Assembly (NCBI RefSeq): GCF_963921235.1
Contig: NC_086100.1
Location: 198,898,001-198,962,000, forward strand
Reading direction: 5' to 3'
Length of the DNA: 64,000 bases
DNA from: Mobula hypostoma
Taxonomy: Eukaryota
The notes beneath the pieces are model-generated. The model was not told the origin of the DNA. It saw only the letters and a list, made by a program, of their open reading frames with translations, and searched no databases. The first letter of the stretch is position 1; each line of letters starts with the position of its first letter. Made by a program: the position numbers and the translations under genes. Shown here in pieces: positions 27,201-39,200 of this stretch.

Positions 27201-30200
27201 GATGAGTAGTCATTATCACAACAGATCACTGGCCTGTACAGGACAACAGGCGGGCAGTGACAGATGACACTGGATCACTGGATACCAGTGATGGTTTACC
27301 GCGAATGACAGTGCTATCGCTGAGCTCAGCCAGACAGCCAGTGTTTAGCTGGGATTCTCACCGACCCTGGGGAAGGGGAGGGGAATTACAGGTGGACGGA
27401 GGAAGGTTCCTGGGGTTAGGCTGGCCAGAGGCGGAGAGATGGGGGGGGGGAGGGTTGCGGCTGCAGGCAGGAGATGCGGGGGAACTTGGGCAATAGGTCA
27501 AGGTGACACCCACCCACTCCCCGGACTTACTCTCAGAGCAGATGACCCCAGCGGCGTAGCGAGTGGCTGTCTTCGGACACCGGACATTGGCTCCATGGCT
27601 CTTACACTTGTCCAAGGACAGTTCGGTGCCCGCACACTTCACCCCACTCATCACCATCTCCTGAGCGCCCGTCGCCGCGTCCCAATACCACGTTTCCTTG
27701 GGGTGGGGGGGAGCAGGGTGAATGGGAGGTCAGAGGTCACTGGCTGTACCAAATCCTATCACCACCATCATCTGTCCACCCACCAAAGAGTAGAGGTCAA
27801 CGCCATCAGTGACGGGGTCAAAGTGCAGAGTGGCGAGAGGGTCGAGAGGACACGGGGGTGGGGGGGGGGTTGCCCCACTAGGGTGAATTCTGTGTTTGGA
27901 AAGGTGGAGATAAACCTCCAGGATTTTCAAGGTAGAGAACTAGGGCACCAGGGTCAGGGAGATGAGTGAGTGTGAGTGTGTGAAAGAGATAGAATCATAG
28001 AACACTACAGCACACAAGTAGGCCCTTCAGCCCATTTAGTCTATGCCAACCTGCTCTTCTGCCAAGTCCCATTGACCAGCACCTCCATTCTCCTCCCATC
28101 GATGTACTTATACATATTTTGCTTAAATGCTGCATCACTACTTCTACCGACAGCTCATTCCACACTCTCACCCTTTGAATGAAGTTCCCCTCGTTCCCCT
28201 TAAACATTTCACCTTTCACCCTTAACCCATGACCTCTAGTCCTAGCCTCACCCAAGCTCAGTGGAAAAAGCCTGCTTGCATTTACCCTATCTATACCCCT
28301 CATAATTTTGTATACCTCTATCAAATCTCCCCTCAATCTTCTACACTCCAGGGAACGAAGTTCGAACCTATTCAACCTTTCTCTGTAACACAGATCATCA
28401 AGTCCTGGCAACATTCTTGTAAAATTTCTCTGTACTCTTTCAATCTTATTGATATCTTTCCTATAGGTAGGTAACCAAAATTGCACAAAAATACTCCAAA
28501 TTAGGCCTCACTAATGTCAATATAACATCCCATCTCCTGTACTCAGTACATTGCTTTATGAAGGTCAATGTGAAGCTTTCTTTATGACTCTTTCTACCTG
28601 TGATTTCACTTCCAATGAATTATGTACCAGTATTTCCAGATTGCTTTGTTCTATCACACTCCTCAGTGCCCTACTGTACACTGTGTAAGATCTACACTGG
28701 TTGGTCCTACCAAGGTTTAAAACCTCACACTTGTCTGCATTGAATTCCATCTGCCATTTTCAGCCCATTTTTCCAGCTGGTCCAGATCCTGCTGCAAACA
28801 CTGACAGTCTTCCTCACTGTCCACTATACCCCCAATCTTGGTGTCATCTGCAAATTTGCTGATCCAGTTAACCACATTATCATCCAGATAGTTTATATAG
28901 ATGCAAACAACAACGGACCCAGCACCGATCCCTGTGGTGCACCATGAGTCACAGGCCTCCAGCCAGAGAGGCAAACATCTACAACCACTCTCTGACTTCT
29001 CCCACAAAGTCAATGTCTAATCCAATTTATTAACTCATCATGAATGCCAAGTGACTGAACCTTCTTGACCAGCCTCCCATGTGGGACCTTGTCAAAGGCC
29101 TTGCTAAAGTCCATGTAGACAACACCCACTGCCTTGCTCTTATCAACTTTCCTGGTAACTTCCTCAAAAAACTCAAAGATTGGTTAGACATGACCTACCA
29201 CACACGAAGCCATGGTGACCATCCTTAATCAGTAATGTCTATCCAAATATTTGTAAACCTGGTCAATTAGAATACCATCCAATAACTTTCCCACAGCTGA
29301 TGTCAGACTCACCAGCCTATAATTTCCTGGCTTCTTAAAAAGCGGAACATTAGCTATGCTCCAGTCCTCTGGCACCTCACCTGTCACTAAGGGTGATTTA
29401 AATATCTCTGCTAGGGCCCCGGAACGCCTCCCACGGGGTTCAAGGGGACACCTTGTCAGTCCCTGGGGATTTATCACTCTGTCTACGCATGCGTCTGACC
29501 TCACGTATTGGGAATGTGAGCAACTCACATCAAAGTTGCTGGTGAACGCAGCAGGCCAGGCAGCATCTCTAGGAAGAGGTACAGTCGACGTTTCAGGCCG
29601 AGACCCTTTGTCAGGACTAACTGAAAGAAGAGCTAGTAAGAGATTTGAAAGTGGGAGGGGGAGGGGGAGATCCAAAATGATAGGAGAAGACAGGAGGGGG
29701 AGGGATGGAGCCAAGAGCTGGACAGGTGATTAGCAAAAGGGATATGAGAGGATCATGGGACAGGAGGTCCGGGGAGAAGGAAAAGGGGGAGGGGGGGAAA
29801 CCCAGAGGATGGGCAAGGGGTATAGACAGAGGGACAGAGGGAGCTCTTCCTTCAGTTAGTCCTGACGAAGGGTCTCGGCCCGAAACGTCGACTGTACCTC
29901 TTCCTAGAGATGCTGCCTGGCCTGCTGTGTTCACCAGCAATTTTGATATGTGTTGCTTGAATTTCCAGCATCTGCAGAATTCATCGTGTATTGGGAATGC
30001 GTGTGGGTGTTGGGTGCTGGTCTGAGAGAGATCCAGAGGACGGGACAAGGTGTTTGTTTAGTGACGATCCCTACTCTTGGTGGTGCTGGGCTTTGACATC
30101 CCACACTCTGGTGGGGATCCGGTCTTTGGGAGGGAAATCTGGTTCACAGGGGTTCTGGTCTCCAAGGGTTGTGTCTCTTGTAGGGGTCTGGCCTCTGGGA

Positions 30201-33200
30201 GGGGTCATGTTCTGGTCTCTGGGGAACGGTCCCATCTTCAGGAAGGATCAATTTCAAGGGTCCAGCCTCCAGGTGGGGTTGTGTTGCCGGGTGTTCAGAC
30301 TCTTGGGGGGGGGGTCCCGTTTCTCGGACGAGGTCCCGTCTCTGGGGAGGGGACCCGTTTCTCGGACGAGGTCCCGTCTCTGGGCAGGGGACCCGTTTCT
30401 CGGACGAGGTCCCGTCTCTGGGGAGGGGACCCGTTTCTCGGACGAGGTCCCGTCTCTGGGCAGGGGACCCGTTTCTCGGACGAGGTCCCGTCTCTGGGGA
30501 GGGGACCCGTTTCTCGGACGAGGTCCCGTCTCTGGGGAGGGGACCCGTTTCTCGGACGAGGTCCCGTCTCTGGGCAGGGGACCCGTTTCTCGGACGAGGT
30601 CCCGTCTCTGGGCAGGGGACCCGTTTCTCGGACGAGGTCCCGTCTCTGGGGAGGGGACCCGTTTCTCGGACGAGGTCCCGTCTCTGGGCAGGGGACCCGT
30701 TTCTCGGACGAGGTCCCGTCTCTGGGCAGGGGACCCGTTTCTCGGACGAGGTCCCGTCTCTGGGCAGGGGACCCGTTTCTCGGACGAGGTCCCGTCTCTG
30801 GGGAGGGGACCCGTTTCTCGGACGAGGTCCCGTCTCTGGGGAGGGGACCCGTTTCTCGGATGAGGTCCCGTCTCTGGGCAGGGGACCCGTTTCTCGGACG
30901 AGGTCCCGTCTCTGGGGAGGGGACCCGTTTCTCGGACGAGGTCCCGTCTCTGAGGAGGGGACCAGTCTCCAGCGTGCTTGGCTGTACCTACCGTCACTGC
31001 ATGCAGCGAGTACCCCAACCCCAGCTGTCTGCAGACCACCATTGCCTCGCGGGTGCTCCAACCGTCACTGCACACCATCCCCCAGCGCCCGTCCCGCTGC
31101 ACCTCCACACGGCCCTCGTAGTCTGTCCGCCCTCCGACCAGTCGCAGCTGTGGGAATGCTCACCCGGTCAGATCAGCCCCACCCCGTGGAGCGCACCAGC
31201 TCACCCCTCATCCTCCTCACTGTCTGACCCCTCATCCTCCTCAGTCTCACCCCTCATCCTCCTCACTGTCTCAATCCTCGTCGTCTCACCCCCCTTCGCC
31301 ACCTCCTTCTCCAACAACACTCACCAGATCAACCCCACCCCCACACTCTAACCCCCTCATCTCTTGTACCTCCTCACCCTCAGCACACCCCCATCCTCTG
31401 CACTTCATTCTCACCCCTCAGTCTCCTCCATCCATCACACTCTCTATCCCTCACCTTAGACCATAAGACAAAGGAGCAGAATTGGGCCATTTGGCCCATC
31501 TAACCTACCCCACCGTTCCATTATGGCTGATTTATTAATCCCTGAACCCCGTTCACCCGTGACCTCTGACACCCTGACAAATGAAGAACCATCACACTCT
31601 GCTTTAAATGCTCTCAATATACATTCCTCTTTTCCTCACTCCCCCTGCCCCACCACCCTTCCTTCTTACTCCCCTCGCTCTCCCACTCCTCGTTCGCCCT
31701 TCTCTGGCTCCACAGGGGACAGGGTTGGTGCCGTGGACAGCCCACAGACGATGGGCTGAATCTCCACCTTCCAAGAGATCATCTTTTCTCTCCTCCTCAC
31801 CCTTGTTCCATCCTACCACCTCCCTCTCTCACACCCTCACCCTCTCCCCATCACCACCCCCTGCTTTAAGCCAGTCACTCGAACCCCGAGTCAGTGAGGT
31901 GTTGTTGGGGGTCTGCTGACCCACCTCCCTCACCCCAGGTGGGGGTTGTCATTTAGAGATTCACCCTGGAGTCAGCCCCCCCGGCCCTTCGAGCCGTGGC
32001 ACGCAGTAACCACTGACTTAACCCAAGGCAATTTACAATGACCAATTGATCTACTGACCGGTACAGCTTTGGACTGTGGGAGGAAACTGGAGCACCCGGA
32101 GGAATCCCCCACAGTCACTGGGAGGACGCACAGACCCCTGACAGAATCGGGCTCCAAACTCCGACACCCCAGGCTGTAAGAACATTGCGCTAACCGCTAC
32201 GCTGTCGTGGTGCCCGTGCCCCCCGACGTACTTGCACGGCGTGGCTGGCGTATCCAAGCCCCAGCTGCCGACACACCACCATGGCCTCCAGCGTCCCCCA
32301 GCCCTCGCCGCACAGGAGACCCCAGCGCTCGGACCCGTTCACCACTCCGGCCAGAACCTCCACCCTGCCCTCGAAACGCGTCCGTCCTCCGTTGATCCGG
32401 ATCTAGCAGCGTTAGCGAGTAGATGTTAGTGGCTGCGGAATGGCGCCGAGGCACGGGGGTGGGGGTAGCAGTATCGGGTGCACAGTGCTGTGTATAATGT
32501 CACTCAGGAAAAACACATCCTCAGGAAAAAACACCTGGGGTTGGACCTCACCGGCAACACCGTACATGGTTCCGATATCTGCACCCCTGGGTTAAACTTC
32601 ACTGGGGTCAACATGTACAATTCAGCTCTCTGTACCCCTGGGTTAGACCTCACTGGGGTCACCGTGTACAATTCTGATCTCTGTATCCCTGGGTTAAACT
32701 TCACTGGGGTCACCGTGTACAATTCTGGTCTCTGTATCCCTAGGTTAGACCTCACTGGGGTCACCGCGTACAATTCTGATCTCTGTATCCCTAGGTTAGA
32801 CCTCACTGGGATCAACATGTACAATTCTGGTCTCTGTATCCCTGGGATTAGACCTTACCGGCAACACAGTGCACGGTTCTGATCTCCGTATCCCTGGGTT
32901 GGACCTCACTAGGGTCACCGTGTGTCCCTAGGTTAGACCTCACTGGGGTCATCGTGTACAATTCTGGTCTCTGTATCCCTGGGGTTAGACCTCACCGGCA
33001 ATACCGCGCACGGTTCTGATCTCTGTATCCCTGGGTTAGACCACACAGGGGGTCACCGTGTACCATTCTGGTCTCTATACCCCTGGGTTAGACCTCACTG
33101 GGGTCACCGTGTACCATTCTACTGGCAGAGGTAACCAGTTCTGGGACAGTCCGGTACAGTAGCTCCACACTGTACGTGGGCCAGGATTGTCCCAGAGGGG

Positions 33201-36200
33201 CTGCAGGAAGGGGGAGGGGGAGGGCTTATTATACACTGGAAGCACTGATCGAGATTCCTGGTATCTCGTTGGGAACGTCTCCACAATACTGCACACACTC
33301 CAGAGTTAAAGGGACCAAGCAAGCTTTCTCATAACAAACAAACTGTCCACACAGAATGTCAATGACCAGGTCCCCGTGGGGGTGGAGGTGAAGCGTGAAC
33401 ATGACGTGGAGGTACTGGGTGTAAAGGGGATGTGGGGAACTGAATGTGGAGTGAAGGAGATGGATCAGAGCCCTAGAGAGTGGAAGGCACAGAAGCAGAG
33501 ACAGGGGAACAGTCCTTTTGGCCCATTGAGTCTGTGCTAACCCACTACACTAATTTTAACATTTCAATGTCCCCACAGTCCAATCAGCTACTGACAGATT
33601 CTAACCCCTCACCCACACGTTAAGGACAAATTACTGATCTCACAGTCTACCACACTGTAGTCCTTGAACTTCATTTCTCTGCCTCTCCAGTGTTTGTACT
33701 TGTACGATGTACTTGTGTATGGAATGATCTGTCTGGATGGCACACAAAACAAAAGTGTGTGCCGTGGTTGAGGGGGCTGACAGCCTCAAGTTTCTAGGTG
33801 TGAACTTCACCAACTTTTCCTAGTCCAACCACGTAGACATTGTGGCCAAGAAAGCTCACTGACACCTCTACTTCCTCAGGAAGCGAAAGAAATTTGCCAT
33901 GTCCTTGTCAACCCTGACCAATAACCTTCAATGTACCATAGAAAGCCTCCTATGCAGACACTTCACAGAAACCGCAGAGAGTTGGGGACACAGCTTTGCA
34001 CGTCAGGGAAACTAGCCTCCCTTCTATGGAATTTGTCTACACTTCTCGCTGCCTCACCAACATCATTAAAGAGCCCAGCCACCCCAGACATTCTCTTCTC
34101 CCCCTTCTCATCAAGCAGAAGATACAAACGTACCACCAGGTTCAAGGAGACCCTGTAACTTGCTGTTAGAAGATAACTGAATGGTCTCCTAGTACGATAA
34201 CCATCATCTACTACATCATGGCCTTGCACATTATTGTCCACCTGCACTGCACTTTCTCTGTAGCTGCAAAACTTTACTCTGCATTGTTATTGTTCTACCT
34301 CAATGCACTGTGTAATAATCTGATCTGTGTACAAGAAAAGCCTCCCATTCAGTAAATCGACATGTATAAACCAATACCGATTCCTAAAGTTTTCCACTGT
34401 ATCTCAGTACCCGTCACCATGAAAAACTGAATCACACGCACAAAATGCTGGAGGAACTCAGTAGGTCAGGCAGCATCTATGGAAATGACTATACAGTTAA
34501 TGATGAGGTCATCATCTGGATAGCCTCCAACCTGATGGCGTGAATATCAATTTCTCCTTCCGGTAAAAATAAAGTTTCCCTCCCCTTCACTCTGGTTTCT
34601 GACCTCTTCTCACCTGCCTGTCACCTCACCCTGGTGCCCCCCTCCCCCGCCACCTTCCCTTTCTCCCATGGGCCACTCTCCAGTCCTATTCAGATCCTCC
34701 AGCCCTTCACCTTTCCCACCCACCTGGCTTCATCTATCACCTTCTAGCTATACTCCTTCCCCCTTCCCCTGCCTTTTTATTCTACCCTCTTCCCCCCTCC
34801 CGATGAAAGGTCTGGGCTGGAAACGTCGACTGTTCATTCATTCCCACAGATGCTGCCTGGCCTGCTGAGTTCCTCCAAAATGTTGTGTGTGTTGCTCTGG
34901 ATTTCCAGCATCTTGTGTTTATACAATGCTCTACCTGCCTGACCTGGACACTGTCTCTTGGTGAGTTGTGTGCAAGGACTCCTCCATCCCCCAGCACTGA
35001 CACCTCACTAACTCAACTGTCCACAGGAGACCAGTCTATTCTTTAACCACAATGATGGCTCCCCTACTTCCCAACTTATCTTCTGCCTGTGCTTTATGTC
35101 CTACCCCACCGCGTCACCTCACACATCTACACCCGACTACTGTTGTCTGTGGGGCGACTCACTGGGAATGTCAGGGAGTTGTAGTTACTGAGGGTGACAG
35201 AGGGTAATAGTGGCCAGGAGCAGTGAGAGTAACAGAGACTATCAGTGAGATCCAGCAACAGACTCTGGTTGTGTTATTTGACAGTGAAGACACTGGGATT
35301 GGATCAGAGTAGTGGGAATAATGGACAATACATGTCAGTAACAAACAGCACAGTCTCTGCTGAGACGAGGTCCAGTTACACAGCACGATCCCAGAGACCT
35401 GGTCTCATTACTGTGAGACGAGGTGTGGTGTAACCCACCAAAGCCCCAGAGCCCTGGTCTCATTACTGTGTGGTCCATCCAATGTTTGTTTTGTTACCAA
35501 TTATAGGAAGATTAAAGCCAGCTTTCTCTGTTAGAGGCTCCCGGGACACTGTGTCTGACTGTGGGGCACCAAACAAGGAAGTACGATCTCCCCACAATGT
35601 CCCATCACACACTCCCAGGGTCAGACACAGAGTGAAGCTCCCTCTATACTGTCCCTTCACACACTCCCAGGGTCAGACACAGAGTGAAGCTCCCTCTATA
35701 CTGTCCCTTCACACACTCCCAGGGTCAGACACAGAGTGAAGCTCCCTCCACACTGTCCCATCACACACAGAGTGACTCTCCCTCCACACTGAACCATCAC
35801 ACACTCCCGGTGTCAGACACAGAGTGAAGCTCCCTCCACACTGTCCCATCACACACTCCCGGGGTCAGATATAGAGTGAAGCTCCCTCTACACTGTCCCA
35901 TCAGACACAAAGTGAAGCTCCCTCCACACTGTCCCATCACACACGCCCAGGATCAGACACAGAGTGAAGCTCCCTCCACACTGTCCCATCACACACAGAG
36001 TGACTCTCCCTCCACACTGAACCATCACACACTCCCGGTGTCAGACACAGAGTGAAGCTCCCTCCACACTGTCCCATCACACACTCCTGGGGTCAGACAC
36101 AGAGTGAAGCTCCCTCCACACTGTCCCTTCACACACTCCCAGGGTCAGACACAGAGTGAAGCTCCCTCCACACTGTCCCTTCACACACTCCCAGGGTCAG

Positions 36201-39200
36201 ACACAGAGTGAAGCTCCCTCCACACTGTCCCATCACACACAGAGTGACTCTCCCTCCACACTGAACCATCACACACTCCCGGTGTCAGACACAGAGTGAA
36301 GCTCCCTCTACACTGTCCCATCACACACTCCCGGTGTCAGACACAGAGTGAAGCTCCCTCCACACTGTCCCATCACACACTCCCAGGGTCAGACACAGGG
36401 TGAGTCTCCCTCTACACCGTCCCATCACACACTCTCAGGGTCAGACACAGAGTGAAGCTCCCTCCACACTGTCCCATCACACACTCCCGGGGTCAGACAC
36501 AGAGTGAAGCTCCCTCCACACTGTCCCATTGCACAATCCCGGGGTCAGATATAGAGTGAAGTTCCCTCCACACTGTCCCATCGCACAATCCTGGAGTCAG
36601 ATATAGAGTGAAGCTCCCTCCACACTGTCCCATCACACACTCCCGGGGTCAGACACAGAGTGAAGCTCCCTCCACACTGTCCCATCACACACTCCCGGGG
36701 TCAGATATAGAGTGAAGCTCCCTCCACACTGTCCCATCACACACTCCCGGGGTCAGACACAGAGTGAAGCTCCCTCCACACTGTCCCATCACACACTCCC
36801 GGGGTCAGACACAGAGTGAAGCTCCCTCCACACTGTCCCTTCACACACTCCCAGGGTCAGACACAGGGTGAAGCTCCCTCCACACTGTCCCATCACACAC
36901 TCCCGGGGTCAGATATAGAGTGAAGCTCCCTCCACACTGTCCCATCACACACTCCCGGGGTCAGATATAGAGTGAAGCTCCCTCCACACTGTCCCATCAC
37001 ACACTCCCGGGGTCAGACACAGAGTGAAGCTCCCTCCACACTGTCCCATCACACACTCCCGGGGTCAGACACAGAGTGAAGCTCCCTCCACACTGTCCCA
37101 TCACACACTCCCGGGGTCAGACACAGAGTGAAGCTCCCTCCGCACCGTCCCATCACACACTCCCGGGGTCAGATATAGAGTGAAGCTCCCTCCACACTGT
37201 CCCATCACACACTCCCGGGGTCAGACACAGAGTGAAGCTCCCTCCACACTGTCCCTTCACACACTCCCGGGGTCAGATATAGAGTGAAGCTCCCTCTACA
37301 CTGTCCCATCACACACTCCCAGGGTCAGACACAGGGTGAGTGTCCCTCTACACTGTCCCATCACACACTCCCAGGGTCAGACACAGAGTGAAGCTCCCTC
37401 TACACTCTCCCATCACACACACCCAGGGTCAGACACAGAGTGAAGCTCCCTCTACACTGTCCCATCACACACTCCCAGGGTCAGACACAGAGTGAAGCTC
37501 CCTCTACACTCTCCCATCACACACACCCAGGGTCAGACACAGAGTGAAGCTCCCTCCACACTGTCCCATCACACACTCCCAGGGTCAGACACAGAGTGAA
37601 GCTCCCTCTACACTCTCCCATCACACACACCCAGGGTCAGACACAGAGTGAAGCTCCCTCCACACTGTCCCATCACACACTCCCAGGGTCAGACACAGGG
37701 TGAGTGTCCCTCCACACTGTCCCATCACACACTCCCGGGGTCAGACACAGAGTGAAGCTCCCTCTATACTGTCCCATCAGACACAGAGTGAAGCTCCCTC
37801 CACACTGTCCCATCACACACTCCCAGGGTCAGACACAGAGTGAAGCTCCCTCTACACTGTCCCATCAGACACAGAGTGAAGCTCCCTCTACACTGTCCCA
37901 TCACACACTCCCGGGGTCAGATATAGAGTGAAGCTCCCTCTACACTGTCCCATCACACACTCCCAGGGTCAGACACAGAGTGAAGCTCCCTCTACACTGT
38001 CCCATCAGACACAGAGTGAAGCTCCCTCTACACTGTCCCATCACACACTCCCGGGGTCAGACACAGAGTGAAGCTCCCTCTACACTGTCCCATCACACAC
38101 TCCCGGGGTCAGATATAGAGTGAAGCTCCCTCTACACTGTCCCATCACACACTCCCGGGGTCAGATATAGAGTGAAGCTCCCTCTACACTGTCCCATCAC
38201 ACACTCCCGGGGTCAGATATAGAGTGAAGCTCCCTCCACACTGTCCCATCACACACTCCCGGGGTCAGACACAGAGTGAAGCTCCCTCCACACTGTCCCA
38301 TCACACACTCCCGGGGTCAGATATAGAGTGAAGCTCCCTCCACACTGTCCCATCACACACTCCCGGGGTCAGACACAGAGTGAAGCTCCCTCCACACTGT
38401 CCCATCACACACTCCCGGGGTCAGACACAGAGTGAAGCTCCCTCCACACTGTCCCATCACACACTCCCGGGGTCAGACACAGAGTGAAGCTCCCTCCACA
38501 CTGTCCCTTCACACACTCCCAGGGTCAGACACAGGGTGAAGCTCCCTCCACACTGTCCCATCACACACTCCCGGGGTCAGATATAGAGTGAAGCTCCCTC
38601 CACACTGTCCCATCACACACTCCCGGGGTCAGATATAGAGTGAAGCTCCCTCCACACTGTCCCATCACACACTCCCGGGGTCAGACACAGAGTGAAGCTC
38701 CCTCCACACTGTCCCATCACACACTCCCGGGGTCAGACACAGAGTGAAGCTCCCTCCACACTGTCCCATCACACACTCCCGGGGTCAGACACAGAGTGAA
38801 GCTCCCTCCGCACCGTCCCATCACACACTCCCGGGGTCAGATATAGAGTGAAGCTCCCTCCACACTGTCCCATCACACACTCCCGGGGTCAGACACAGAG
38901 TGAAGCTCCCTCCACACTGTCCCTTCACACACTCCCGGGGTCAGATATAGAGTGAAGCTCCCTCTACACTGTCCCATCACACACTCCCAGGGTCAGACAC
39001 AGGGTGAGTGTCCCTCTACACTGTCCCATCACACACTCCCAGGGTCAGACACAGAGTGAAGCTCCCTCTACACTCTCCCATCACACACACCCAGGGTCAG
39101 ACACAGAGTGAAGCTCCCTCTACACTGTCCCATCACACACTCCCAGGGTCAGACACAGAGTGAAGCTCCCTCTACACTCTCCCATCACACACACCCAGGG

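Noticed and set aside
29991..31351. 284-424 aa ORFs spanning the 38-bp array
   Set aside because: They are repeat-derived. Only 30992-31147 on the minus strand is a real exon, bounded by splice sites.
30992..32402. A fifth SRCR domain, or a second nested SRCR gene
   Set aside because: No second C-half exon was found between 8a and 8b (only a SINE, a CR1 tail and low-complexity sequence). Both peptides match the SRCR4 N-half and fit the same flanking phases.
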